Below are positions 30,970-41,700 of a stretch of 64,000 bases of DNA, piece after piece. The stretch's first letter is position 1. Each line of letters opens with the position of its first letter. The translations under genes and the position numbers were made by a program. This DNA is from Waddliaceae bacterium (GTDB lineage: Bacteria; Chlamydiota; Chlamydiia; Chlamydiales; Waddliaceae): contig CAVRUH010000007.1 of NCBI GenBank assembly GCA_963724325.1, positions 352,001 to 416,000 of the forward strand, in the 5' to 3' direction. The notes under the pieces are model-generated. The model had not been told where the DNA came from and did no database searches. It saw only the letters and a list, made by a program, of their open reading frames with translations.

Positions 30970-31369
30970 TAATAGGTATCCCAACCTCTGTAAAGTCTTT
31001 GGTGTTTAGCGTAACAAGTTCTAGTCCGTGTGACTTAGCAGTAGCGGCGATATAGAGATCTTGTACTCCAAGCGTTATACCTCTTTTAAGTAATTGTGAG
31101 TTCATTGTCCCCCACTCTTTTGCAATACGATCATCGATAGATAGAATCATGTCCTTGAAACGACTATAGATGTCACCATAAAACCAATCTTCTAAGTCTT
31201 TCTTTTTCTTAGATGGCGATAGTCTTTCGATGCCATCCCACAATTCTGCTATAGTTACAACACTTATGTAAAATAAGTCTTGGTTCTTGCTCTCAAACCA
31301 TATTTGGGTCTTCAAGGGAACCTTACCTCTTAGTTCGCTTAGTGTGCATGTGTCTAATAAATAACTCAT
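30953..31369 (-). CDS. vapC: VapC PIN-domain toxin
   Basis: YLLDT, SVVTIAEL, DLYIAATA, LVTLNTKDF, INPW. Confidence 0.92.
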   Translation of the reverse strand: MSYLLDTCTLSELRGKVPLKTQIWFESKNQDLFYISVVTIAELWDGIERLSPSKKKKDLEDWFYGDIYSRFKDMILSIDDRIAKEWGTMNSQLLKRGITLGVQDLYIAATAKSHGLELVTLNTKDFTEVGIPIINPWE

Positions 31370-31614
31370 AATTTTACGTTTCTTGGGAGATCTTTTCTTC
31401 GTTTAATAGGAATTTTAACTTTTCGATGAGGGGATCGTTGAAAAAAATCCACTATACTTTCACGACGCTGGACTAATTTTGCATAATCTTTTTCCGAAAT
31501 AATCCAAGCATTCGGTTCACCGCGATAGGTGATCCTTTGCGGTCCTTCATTTAAGGCAAAGCGAATAACTTCGCTTAAATGTTGTTTTACTTCCTGAATT
31601 TGCCAACTTTTCAT
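31366..31614 (-). CDS. Phd/YefM-family antitoxin
   Basis: WQIQEVKQHLSEVIRFALNEGPQRIT; ATGA coupling to vapC. Confidence 0.9.
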   Translation of the reverse strand: MKSWQIQEVKQHLSEVIRFALNEGPQRITYRGEPNAWIISEKDYAKLVQRRESIVDFFQRSPHRKVKIPIKRRKDLPRNVKL

Positions 31615-31624
31615 AAAAACCTCA

Positions 31625-31653
31625 TGTCTAGTCTGTCTAGGTGTATTATAGCA
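31625..31653 (-). promoter_or_regulatory. Extended -10 promoter and probable operator of the phd-vapC pair
   Basis: Minus strand TGCTATAAT (31645-31653) followed by two TGTCTAG copies (31625-31631, 31634-31640). Confidence 0.5.
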
Positions 31654-31742
31654 TATAGGTTGAATTGTTGTATACGAACAATTATTCTTGTGTATATATT
31701 CTCATTTGGGATATATATGTTGGTTGGAGTTTATCGATTCAC

Positions 31743-32150
31743 ATGAGTAAGCAAAGCATTAAAGACCTGGGTGATTCTCTCAAACAGAGAAGAAAAGAAC
31801 GCAATCTTTCTTTGAAAGAGGCAGAAAATGCTACCTCCATCCGAATGAATTTCCTACAAGCCATAGAAGAAGGCGAGATAAGCAAACTTATTTCCCCAGT
31901 ATACGCTCAAGGGTTTATCAAACAGTATTCTTCTTTCCTCGGTATAGACTCAGACAAGGTCTACCGAGAACACCCCGAAATCTTCGGCAAACCCGAAGTT
32001 CAAGATTTCTCCTATGGCATCGGCACCATGGAAATGCGCGGCAACCCAGGGGCTAGTGTTAAGTGGGTCCCAAATGTCATCTGGATAAGCGCGTTCGTCC
32101 TTGTACTCGCTGCAGCTTATTTCTTTGCTAGGTTCCTTGAGGTTGTTTAA
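31743..32150 (+). CDS. RodZ-like HTH membrane protein
   Basis: LGDSLKQRRKERNLSL...AIEEG...YAQGFIKQYSSFLG; C-terminal TM. Confidence 0.85.
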   Translation: MSKQSIKDLGDSLKQRRKERNLSLKEAENATSIRMNFLQAIEEGEISKLISPVYAQGFIKQYSSFLGIDSDKVYREHPEIFGKPEVQDFSYGIGTMEMRGNPGASVKWVPNVIWISAFVLVLAAAYFFARFLEVV

Positions 32151-33046
32151 TGGCATCTGCCCCAAGACTGAGGTCTCCTAAAGACTGGTTGCGTCAGCTA
32201 TTTTACGGAATGTGCATGGGTGTTGCAGACGTAGTTCCAGGTATTTCTGGAGGTACAGTTGCATTTATCATGGGATTTTACGAAGATCTACTCAAAAGCA
32301 TCAAAAGTTTTCGTTTTCCGTTAAAGAATTTTGCCTGGGATTTCTTATTAGCTACGGTTATAGGAATAGCTTTTTCGATTATTTGCATGGCTAATTTTAT
32401 TACAAGCCTCCTAAACCATGATATTTATCGAATTTATCTTTATTCAGGTTTTATGGGGCTTATTTTGGCCTCTATCTTATTCTGTGCTAAGCAGGTAACG
32501 AAGTGGCATCTTCGTTATATTCTTGCATTTGTTGTTGGAGCCACAATAGCATTTATTTTTAGCGGTGATAGGTCTCAATTTGTGTCTGAACGGGTGCCGA
32601 CTTTGATAGATCCGTGGTTAATTATCTGCGGCGTTGTTGCTATTTCTGCTCTGTTATTGCCCGGAGTTTCTGGTTCTTATATGTTGACCATATTAGGGGT
32701 ATATCCTAGCATTCTAGCTGCACTTGCATCTTTTGTTAACAATGCCAAGGTGCTTGTGTTCGATATCGATTCATTTTTGATACTAGCGAATTTAGGTGCT
32801 GGTCTTGTAGTTGGGGCGATCCTTTTTTCCAGGGTGATTAGTTGGCTTTTGGCCAATTATCATCAAATAACCTTATCTCTTTTAACAGGATTTCTTGCTG
32901 GCTCCCTACGGGTTGTTTGGCCTTATCAAAGTATTCCCACGGATGTGGGGCAAATTCTTTTATCTACCATTTTAATTATAGGCGGATTTACCCTCGTCTT
33001 CGTGATGGAGTCCATGGTAAAAAACAGAGAAAGGCTCGCGTCCTAA
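32150..33046 (+). CDS. DUF368 family membrane protein
   Basis: MGVADVVPGISGGTVA; LLPGVSGS. Confidence 0.9.
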   Translation: MASAPRLRSPKDWLRQLFYGMCMGVADVVPGISGGTVAFIMGFYEDLLKSIKSFRFPLKNFAWDFLLATVIGIAFSIICMANFITSLLNHDIYRIYLYSGFMGLILASILFCAKQVTKWHLRYILAFVVGATIAFIFSGDRSQFVSERVPTLIDPWLIICGVVAISALLLPGVSGSYMLTILGVYPSILAALASFVNNAKVLVFDIDSFLILANLGAGLVVGAILFSRVISWLLANYHQITLSLLTGFLAGSLRVVWPYQSIPTDVGQILLSTILIIGGFTLVFVMESMVKNRERLAS

Positions 33047-33054
33047 AATAGTTA

Positions 33055-34594
33055 GTTTGACGCTTACGTATTTCCGGTTTGGAGTGACCCAATTTATTGG
33101 GTCTTTTTCCGAGCCGAATTTATTCGGCTCGGTGGAGGGCGACACCTTGCCCTCCTTAGGTGAATGGCGAAATCTTGCCATGCACAGGGCCGAATAAATT
33201 CAGCCCTGAAAAAGACCTAATGAATTAGGTCACTCCAAATTAGACTGAGCGTTGAGTTAGGCAACGGCCCCGGTTTGACGCTTACGTATTTCCGGTTTGG
33301 AGTGACCCAATTTATTGGGTCTTTTTCCGAGCCGAATTTATTCGGCTCGGTGGAGGGCGACACCTTGCCCTCCTTAGGTGAATGGCGAAATCTTGCCATG
33401 CACAGGGCCGAATAAATTCAGCCCTGAAAAAGACCTAATGAATTAGGTCACTCCAAATTAGACTGAGCGTTGAGTTAGGCAACGGCCCCGGTTTGACGCT
33501 TACGTATTTCCGGTTTGGAGTGACCCAATTTATTGGGTCTTTTTCCGAGCCGAATTTATTCGGCTCGGTGGAGGGCGACACCTTGCCCTCCTTAGGTGAA
33601 TGGCGAAATCTTGCCATGCACAGGGCCGAATAAATTCAGCCCTGAAAAAGACCTAATGAATTAGGTCACTCCAAATTAGACTGAGCGTTGAGTTAGGCAA
33701 CGGCCCCGGTTTGACGCTTACGTATTTCCGGTTTGGAGTGACCCAATTTATTGGGTCTTTTTCCGAGCCGAATTTATTCGGCTCGGTGGCGGGCGACACC
33801 TTGCCCTCCTTAGGTGAATGGCGAAATCTTGCCATGCACAGGGCCGAATAAATTCAGCCCTGAAAAAGACCTAATGAATTAGGTCACTCCAAATTAGACT
33901 GAGCGTTGAGTTAGGCAACGGCCCCGGTTTGACGTTTACGTATTTCCGGTTTGGAGTGACCCAATTTATTGGGTCTTTTTCCGAGCCGAATTTATTCGGC
34001 TCGGTGGAGGGCGACACCTTGCCCTCCTTAGGTGAATGGCGAAATCTTGCCATGCACAGGGCCGAATAAATTCAGCCCTGAAAAAGACCTAATGAATTAG
34101 GTCACTCCAAATTAGACTGAGCGTTGAGTTAGGCAACGGCCCCGGTTTGACGTTTACGTATTTCCGGTTTGGAGTGACCCAATTTATTGGGTCTTTTTCC
34201 GAGCCGAATTTATTCGGCTCGGTGGAGGGCGACACCTTGCCCTCCTTAGGTGAATGGCGAAATCTTGCCATGCACAGGGCCGAATAAATTCAGCCCTGAA
34301 AAAGACCTAATGAATTAGGTCACTCCAAATTAGACTGAGCGTTGAGTTAGGCAACGGCCCCGGTTTGACGCTTACGTATTTCCGGTTTGGAGTGACCCAA
34401 TTTATTGGGTCTTTTTCCGAGCCGAATTTATTCGGCTCGGTGGAGGGCGACACCTTGCCCTCCTTAGGTGAATGGCGAAATCTTGCCATGCACAGGGCTG
34501 AATAAATTCAGCCCTGAAAAAGACCTAATGAATTAGGTCACTCCAAATTAGACTGAGCGTTGAGTTAGGCAACGGCCCCGGTTTGACGCTTACG
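33055..34594. repeat. Tandem array of 7 x 218-bp palindromic units plus a 14-bp partial copy
   Basis: Unit starts at 33055, 33273, 33491, 33709, 33927, 34145, 34363 and partial 34581; variants seen at 33790, 33935, 34153, 34499; 57-bp inverted arms in each unit. Confidence 0.97.
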
Positions 34595-34707
34595 GCGCAC
34601 GTGAATTTGCTTTTTCCGTGGGGAGATTTGCCATTACGCCATTAAGAAGCTAGCTAAAAGGTATTTTTTCAAATTTCCCTCGTACATGATTTTCAATTGA
34701 TTATGCT

Positions 34708-35460
34708 TTAGCTTGTTGAATAAAAAACAGAGAAAAGGGTAAGGCCATGAGCTGGAGCGGTGACTCCTGCTAGGGTGCGATCTTTTTTGGAAAGTATAGT
34801 CTCCAGGCTTTCAACAAGAATTTTGCCGGTCCCGACGCCAATAAGTGTTCCAACGATATTGCGGACCATCTTATACAAAAAACTTCTTCCGGTGATCTTA
34901 ATCGTAATGCGATTGTCTTCGGTTTTTTCAATAATGATGCTTGTGATTTCTCGGATGGTATGTTCATAAGGCTCATTTTTTTTACTGTTGCAAAATGCAG
35001 CAAAGTCATGAGTTCCGATTAGTTTCGACGCTGCAATTTTCATTTTTTCTAGGTCCAGTTCTTGGGGCACATGCCAGTGGGTATATCTCTCTTTGGGCAT
35101 CACTACAGGGCCATTGCATATATGATAGCGGTATTCCTTGCCGATACAGTCGAGCGTTGGATGGAAATCGTTTGGAGCTTCCTCTACTGTCAGTACTGAA
35201 ATGTCTTTTGGCAAAAGATCGTTTAGATTTTTTAGAGAAATAAAAGGAGAATGTGTGAAAAAATTAACAACTTGACCTTGGGCATGGACCCCAGCATCAG
35301 TTCGACTAGCCGCCTGAATGGCAATTGGTTCTTGCAAAAGCGATTCAAGCGCCTCTTGCAAGGCGCCTTCAATGCTCGGACCAGTTTCTGTCTTCTGCCA
35401 ACCTAAGTAATTACTTCCATCATAGGCTAGCTTTAGGCGGATATTATGCAACGGTTGCAT
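34708..35460 (-). CDS. truA: tRNA pseudouridine(38-40) synthase
   Basis: LAYDGSNYLGWQ, SRTDAGVHA, GTHDF, FLYKMVRNIVG; ATG 35460. Confidence 0.95.
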   Translation of the reverse strand: MQPLHNIRLKLAYDGSNYLGWQKTETGPSIEGALQEALESLLQEPIAIQAASRTDAGVHAQGQVVNFFTHSPFISLKNLNDLLPKDISVLTVEEAPNDFHPTLDCIGKEYRYHICNGPVVMPKERYTHWHVPQELDLEKMKIAASKLIGTHDFAAFCNSKKNEPYEHTIREITSIIIEKTEDNRITIKITGRSFLYKMVRNIVGTLIGVGTGKILVESLETILSKKDRTLAGVTAPAHGLTLFSVFYSTS

Positions 35461-36043
35461 AGGTTTCAACAAATACTTTGATTCCATCAAGGAAGCGCTG
35501 AATGGCAAGTAAAATAAGGATCATCCCCATCAGCTTTTCTAAAGCCAGCAGCCCATTTTTTCCAATGACGCGCGAAAGGAATCGCGATGACATCAAAATT
35601 GCGCAAGCAGCAAGCCAGGCAATGAAGATCGCACTGAGCATGAGTCCTTGACTATTCTCCATGTGCGCATAAAGCATAATCGTTGCGACGAGCGATGGAC
35701 CGGCAACAAGAGGGACGGCTAATGGAATAACAAAAGGCTCATCTTTAGGTAAATTGCTTCGAATGCTATTTAAGTCGGGGAAAAGAATTTGCAAAGCCAC
35801 AAGAAATAGGATAATTCCCGAGGATATGCGTACAGTAGTTTCGGAAAGCTGCAGCAACGAAAAGATAACCTCGCCTATATAATTGAAGGCGATCATGATG
35901 ATCAGCGCAATCAACATCTCGCGCATAATGATGTAATTCTGTTTTTTTTTGTCCATCCCCTCGATCATCTTCAAAAATGATGAGATGTTTCCGATAGGAT
36001 CCATAATTAAAAATAGAACGATAGCAACGGTAAACAGTGACAT
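35444..36043 (-). CDS. MarC family membrane protein
   Basis: MDPIGN, PLAVPLVAGP, LEKLMG. Confidence 0.9.
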   Translation of the reverse strand: MSLFTVAIVLFLIMDPIGNISSFLKMIEGMDKKKQNYIIMREMLIALIIMIAFNYIGEVIFSLLQLSETTVRISSGIILFLVALQILFPDLNSIRSNLPKDEPFVIPLAVPLVAGPSLVATIMLYAHMENSQGLMLSAIFIAWLAACAILMSSRFLSRVIGKNGLLALEKLMGMILILLAIQRFLDGIKVFVETYATVA

Positions 36044-36059
36044 ATTGTGTAATCCTTAA

Positions 36060-36659
36060 TCAATGTAAAGTTTTTAAAAATAGTGACGCCCCTTTAACGA
36101 GCATTTCCACAGACATCATAGCAAGCATGAGTCCCATTAGCTGCTCAATGGCAACTAAGCCTCGTTTTCCTAGAATTTTTTGCAGGTAGGGGGCTAATAC
36201 CAATATAGTTGTGACTCCAATCCACGTGACGAGAATACAGGTTGTGAGGAGGAGGTGATTTGCAGTTTCAGCTGAAAATAGCATAATATTGGTCATAACT
36301 CCAGGGCCTGTGATGAGCGGGGTCGCGATTGGGACTAGGATTGGCATTTGTTTTATTGCGTGAGTTGCTCCGCTTTGTTGTTTGGGAAAGATCATGTTGA
36401 GGGCGACAATAAGATTTAAAACACCTCCGCAAGTACTTAGGGTGTATCTTTGGATCTCGAGGCTGTTGAGGAAAACGGTTCCCAGATATTGGAAGAATAG
36501 GGCAATAGCTAAGGCGAAAAACGATTCGCGAATCATGATTTTTTTTTGTGTTTCGAAGTCGAAATCTTTGATCAGATTGATGATTGCCGGTACGTTTCCT
36601 ATGGGATTGGCGATTAAGAAAAGCGCAACTGATATTGAAATAACTGTAAAAATTTCCAT
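36060..36659 (-). CDS. MarC family membrane protein
   Basis: ANPIGN, VPIATPLITGPG, IEQLMG. Confidence 0.9.
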   Translation of the reverse strand: MEIFTVISISVALFLIANPIGNVPAIINLIKDFDFETQKKIMIRESFFALAIALFFQYLGTVFLNSLEIQRYTLSTCGGVLNLIVALNMIFPKQQSGATHAIKQMPILVPIATPLITGPGVMTNIMLFSAETANHLLLTTCILVTWIGVTTILVLAPYLQKILGKRGLVAIEQLMGLMLAMMSVEMLVKGASLFLKTLH

Positions 36660-36671
36660 TTATCCTCTATT

Positions 36672-37109
36672 TTAAACGTTGTTTTGGATTTTATGCCATT
36701 TATGTTGGAGAATGGGGCTCAAGTAAATACCTAATATAATTCCACCTATTAAACCAACTATGGGATTGAGAAATGACAGTGTAAAAACAGCTAAAGCGGC
36801 AATAATTTTTATGAAAAAAAATTTTTGATCGAACTTACAAATACGTTCCCCGATGGATTTATTAATAAAAATTGCTGTAAACTTCCAAGCCAAGATTCCT
36901 AGGGTTGCGCCATAAAAGGGAAGGGCTTGCGTCAGCGAAAAAATATTTATAACGGCACCTGTGATGGCTATAATAATCATCTGAGGGGGATTTTTAACAA
37001 AATTCCACACAACTCTTCCTGCTCCTACAGCATTATTTACTCTATTGCTCATAATGACTATGAATGTTATCACAAATCCAAAAAGAATTGCAATACTTTT
37101 ATAGTGCAA
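36672..37109 (-). CDS. Hypothetical membrane protein
   Basis: Several hydrophobic segments; sits between dapA and marC in the same orientation. Confidence 0.55.
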   Translation of the reverse strand: MHYKSIAILFGFVITFIVIMSNRVNNAVGAGRVVWNFVKNPPQMIIIAITGAVINIFSLTQALPFYGATLGILAWKFTAIFINKSIGERICKFDQKFFFIKIIAALAVFTLSFLNPIVGLIGGIILGIYLSPILQHKWHKIQNNV

Positions 37110-37983
37110 CTGTTTGCAATCCCTCTAAGACTATTTTTAACTTTTGGAGGTTTTCTGATTGCATATCGCAGAGGGGGGTGCGGCAGCTTCCTGCGGCCAA
37201 TCCGACCATGGACATAGCGGCTTTTATGGACATTGGATTAGTTTCAAGAGACAAAGCGCGGAAAAGCGGGCCGAGCTCGTGGTGAATTTTGCGAGCTGAA
37301 GTATAATCCTGAACTTCAAGTGTTCTGACAAGGGTCACCATTTCTTGAGGTATCAAATTGCTTGCAACTGAAAAGATCCCATGTCCTCCCATTGCCATAA
37401 GAGGCAATGTAAATGGATCATCGCCGGCAAGAACTGAAAAATTATTTGTTTTTTCTATTATTTCACTCACTTGAAAGGGATTTCCAGAGACCTCTTTGAC
37501 TCCGACAATATTGCGAATTTTGGAGAGTTCAATAATAGTTTCTGTCGAAATATTGACTCCGCATCTTCCAGGATGGTTGTAAAGGATGATAGGGATGTCA
37601 ACAGCTTCAGCAATTGCTTTGAAATGTAGGTAGATCCCTTTTTGTGTTGGTTTATTGTAGTAGGGGGTCACAATGAGTGCGAAGTCTGCACCCATTTTTT
37701 TTGCATGGAGGGTGTTTTGAATGGTGACGTCAGTGGCATTGGATCCGGTTCCGATAACAAATGAAATTTTACCGAAAATTTGCTCTTTGGCAATTTCTAG
37801 AATGGTATTTTTTTCTGCTGAGGAAAGGGTTGGGGTCTCGCCGGTAGTCCCTAAAAGAACTAGGCCGTCGACACCTGATTCAATCTGTTCTCTGATGTTA
37901 TCTATAAGCCCTTTTGTGTCGAGGCACCCGTCATGGTCAAAGGGTGTTATCAGTGCTGTGTATATTCCTTTTAATTGTGTCAT
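37099..37983 (-). CDS. dapA: 4-hydroxy-tetrahydrodipicolinate synthase
   Basis: ALITPF, GTTGE, TPYYNKP, ILYN, VGVKE. Confidence 0.96.
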   Translation of the reverse strand: MTQLKGIYTALITPFDHDGCLDTKGLIDNIREQIESGVDGLVLLGTTGETPTLSSAEKNTILEIAKEQIFGKISFVIGTGSNATDVTIQNTLHAKKMGADFALIVTPYYNKPTQKGIYLHFKAIAEAVDIPIILYNHPGRCGVNISTETIIELSKIRNIVGVKEVSGNPFQVSEIIEKTNNFSVLAGDDPFTLPLMAMGGHGIFSVASNLIPQEMVTLVRTLEVQDYTSARKIHHELGPLFRALSLETNPMSIKAAMSMVGLAAGSCRTPLCDMQSENLQKLKIVLEGLQTVAL

Positions 37984-38645
37984 TATTGAAACATCTCCTC
38001 AATGGTAAAAATTCCCTTTTTGTTGTTGATCCATTCGGCAGCCATGATGGATCCTTCTGCAAAGCCCTCTCTGTTCCGAGCTTGGTGAGTGAGTGTGATG
38101 GTATCGATGGGGGAGTCGAAGATTATAGTATGTGTTCCTGGAATAGAACCACAGCGGAGGCTTGTAAATGTAATTTCCTTGCCGGCATTGTCTTTAATTA
38201 TTTTGGTCAGGTCCAATGCGGTTCCGGAAGGGGCGTCAAGTTTTTGATTGTGATGTTCTTCTATACCGGCAATATCGTATTGCGGATATAGTTTGGCCCA
38301 TTTTGCAGCTTCTGCTAGGATTTTTCGGAAAATTTGGACACCGATTGAGAAATTTCCTGAATAAAGCAGGCCGATATTATTTGTTTTGACAATGGATTCG
38401 ACTTTTGGGAGGTCTGCATGCCAACCTGTGGTTCCAATAATGAGATTCTTCCCTTGCGCGGCCGATCTTTTAATATTTGCGAGTACAGAATGTGGATTTG
38501 TGAAGTCAATGCAAACTTCGGCATTACCTAAATCAAAGGCTTTTTGATTAGAATCGATGACGGCGACAATTTCATGTTTTCTTGCAAGGGCCATTTTTTC
38601 GACCATTTTACCCATTTTTCCATACCCAATCAGTGCAATTTTCAT
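37983..38645 (-). CDS. dapB: 4-hydroxy-tetrahydrodipicolinate reductase
   Basis: GYGKMG, IDFT, GTTG, EHHNQKLDAPSGTA. Confidence 0.95.
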   Translation of the reverse strand: MKIALIGYGKMGKMVEKMALARKHEIVAVIDSNQKAFDLGNAEVCIDFTNPHSVLANIKRSAAQGKNLIIGTTGWHADLPKVESIVKTNNIGLLYSGNFSIGVQIFRKILAEAAKWAKLYPQYDIAGIEEHHNQKLDAPSGTALDLTKIIKDNAGKEITFTSLRCGSIPGTHTIIFDSPIDTITLTHQARNREGFAEGSIMAAEWINNKKGIFTIEEMFQ

Positions 38646-38762
38646 GATCAACCTCCTAAACTGCGGATCATAGCCGAAATGGGAATTTTGAGCTCCTATT
38701 TTATTGACTTCCTATAACTAAACATGATAGAGCTAACGTGTATATTTTGATGGGAATTCTTT

Positions 38763-41700
38763 ATGATAAAATGTCCGCATTGCAAGCAAGAATGTCCTGA
38801 TGGGTCAAAGTTCTGTCCATCTTGCGGTAAACCCATGCAAAAAAAATGCCCCTCATGCGGACATATGGTAGACCCTAAGGACCATTTTTGCCCGGAATGC
38901 GGCACTTCATTGAAGGCTGAAACATCACCTCCTCCTCCTGAAAAGAAACCTGAAGCGTCTCCTAAGGCGGTTGACCAATTTGAAGGTAGCAGAAAACACG
39001 TGACTATATTCTTCTCGGATGTTGCCGGTTCGACAGCCCTAAGTGCGGGGCTTGATCCCGAAAAGGTGCGTGAAATGATGGAGCCAGTATTAAAAGCAAT
39101 GAACAGTGCCGTTCAACAATATGGGGGAACCGTAATTAAAGCTGCAGGTGATGGGATTATGGCTCTCTTCGGCGCCCCGATTTCATATGAAGATCATCCC
39201 CTGAGAGCATGCCACGCAGCATTGCTTTTGCAAAAAACAATAAAGGAACTTGAATCTCAAATATCGGTTAGAGTGGGCATTAATTCCGGAGAAGCCATTG
39301 TTGATCTAATAGACAGCGATACCCGAAAAGAGTACGATGCAATGGGTACAGCCGTTTCTCTTGCCTCACGTATGGAACAAATGGCAAAACCTGGGTCTGT
39401 GCAAATTTCTATAGAAACTTATCAATTGGTAAAAGATGCTGTTCTTGTGAAGTCCAATGGAGTGCAGGAAGTTAAAGGTTTTCCTGAACCTATGGAAATT
39501 TTTGAGTTAACTGGGGTTAAAAAAGATTTTACCAGATTCGTACAGCTTAAGACTTCGCAATTGACTAAATTTCAGGGACGTACCAAAGAAATGTCACTGC
39601 TTAATTCTACTTTAGCAATGGCTATGCAGGGGCAAGGTAAAATCATTGGGGTTGTGGGTGAACCCGGGGAGGGTAAATCGAGACTTGTTTATGAATTCAT
39701 GAATTTTTCGGAAGCAAAAGATCATGTACAATACATATCTCAGTGTCAAGCAATGATGAATAACAACTCATTTTTCTCTGCTAGACAGATTTTACGGAGT
39801 ATATTCAATGTTTTTGATCAGCCTCCAGAGGAACAGCAGGCAAGCATTAGGAAAACCTTGGATGTGTTTAAAGAAGATTTTAATGAGTTTCTCAATGTTT
39901 CATTTGCAATTTTAAATTTTCCCTTAACTGACCCAGAATGGACATCATTGTCACCTGAATTTAAGCGTGTTAAAATCCTAAATGGCTTTGTTAAGTTAAT
40001 CATTGCCATGGATATGCAAAAGCCAATTATTTTGTTAATTGAAGATATGCAATGGATTGATGAGGATACCCTTGAATGCGTGAATAGGCTTGCTAAGCAA
40101 CTTATAAATCACAAAATCCTACTTATCCTGACCTATCGACCCGAGTTTCATGATAGTGCTTTTGACAGAAACTATTTTACCAGAATTCCCTTAGATCCTT
40201 TGGCGGAAGATAATTTTTATGAATTAGTAAGTACTATTTTAGGGTCAGATGCTGGCCTAGAGCCATTGAAACAAAAGCTGGTCGAACGTTGTCACGGCAA
40301 CCCATTTTTTCTTGAGGAAACCATCCTTTCCTTGAAAGATCATAATGACCTTGAAGGTAGCCAGGGCAACTATTATTTAACCCATCCTGTTGAGAAAATT
40401 GACCTTCCCAACTCAGTCCAGTCTGTTTTGGAAGCACGTGTAGAACTGTTAGATTTTCAGGAAAAAAAGATCATTCGAACTTGCGCAGTCATAGGAAAGA
40501 CTATTCCTATTAATTTACTCAAGTTGGTGGCCAACGTAAAAGACGAAGATTTGGAATTGTCTTTAAATAAGATCAAGGAAAAAAAATTCATTTCAAAAAC
40601 ACAAGAATTTCCCGAAATCATGTTTTCTTTTACACATGATGTTGTTTTAGACACCATTTATAAAAGCATTCTAAACACACAGAAAAAGGTCTTGCATTTA
40701 AGTTTGCTTCGGAGTTTGGAAAAAAACTATCAAAGCAATGATCTCGAACAATTGACTATTAAAGCCCACCATGCGTTCAGAGGAGAAGACTGGGATAAAG
40801 CGCTCAATTACTATTTTGCATTACAGTGGGATGCTCATCAGCGATCTTCCCCATTCGAAGCCATCGTACACTTTGATAGGGCCACTGAGGCATATTACAA
40901 TATAGTAAATCCAACTCAAGAGCAAATAAAGCGTTATTTAACTGCCCTTAATCTGAAAGTGCACGAGTGTGTGTGGCTGGGAAGATATAATGAAGTTATT
41001 TTGTTATTTGATTCAGGAAAAGATGTAATTAGTGAATTGCATGACAAACTAAAAGAAGTTGAATTATACGCTTTTTTAGGTAATATGGGCAGTACCGGAT
41101 CAGGTGATTACATTAATGCGCTTAAGTACGCCGAGAAGGCATCAGAAATTTTAGCTGAAGTAGAAAAAGAAACCGGAACAAAGTATCAAGATTTACGAGT
41201 TTTAGTATGTCTGGCATTAGTGCATGGATACCATTATGCTGGAGAATACCGCAAAGAGATTAATTATGGCTTGAGCGCTTTGGAATTATTACAAGATCCT
41301 ACAAAAAGTGATAAAACAACCGGTGGGCCTATTTGGACAATTATTCAGGTTTGGGTACTCATGGCATCCGCCTTAATCGGAGATAGCGTTGTAGGTAAAA
41401 AATGTGAAACCGACCTATTGCGATTTTTAAAGATTGAAAAACCGTCTGCTGCTTTACATGTTAGTTACTTCGGATTGTGTATTTATTACGCCAGGATTAA
41501 AGATTGGGAACAGGCATTAAAATATGCAGATTTAGCGAGAGAAATCGGACATCAACTTGGTATTACCTTGGCTTTAAATGCAGTCTTAAGTGTGCAAGGC
41601 TACATTTACACTTTGCACAATAAAAATAAAGAAGCTGAAGACCTCCTTGATAAGGCTTATGAAATGGATAAACAGGGTAATTTTAATTTTTTCGCATCAA

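Noticed and set aside
32972..34489. Repeated 60-69 aa minus-strand ORFs (MARFRHSPKEG...)
   Set aside because: By-product of the 218-bp DNA repeat; no evident RBS, and the unit's conservation follows DNA/RNA hairpins
33055..34594. CRISPR array
   Set aside because: Units are essentially identical end to end, with no unique spacers and no cas genes in the window
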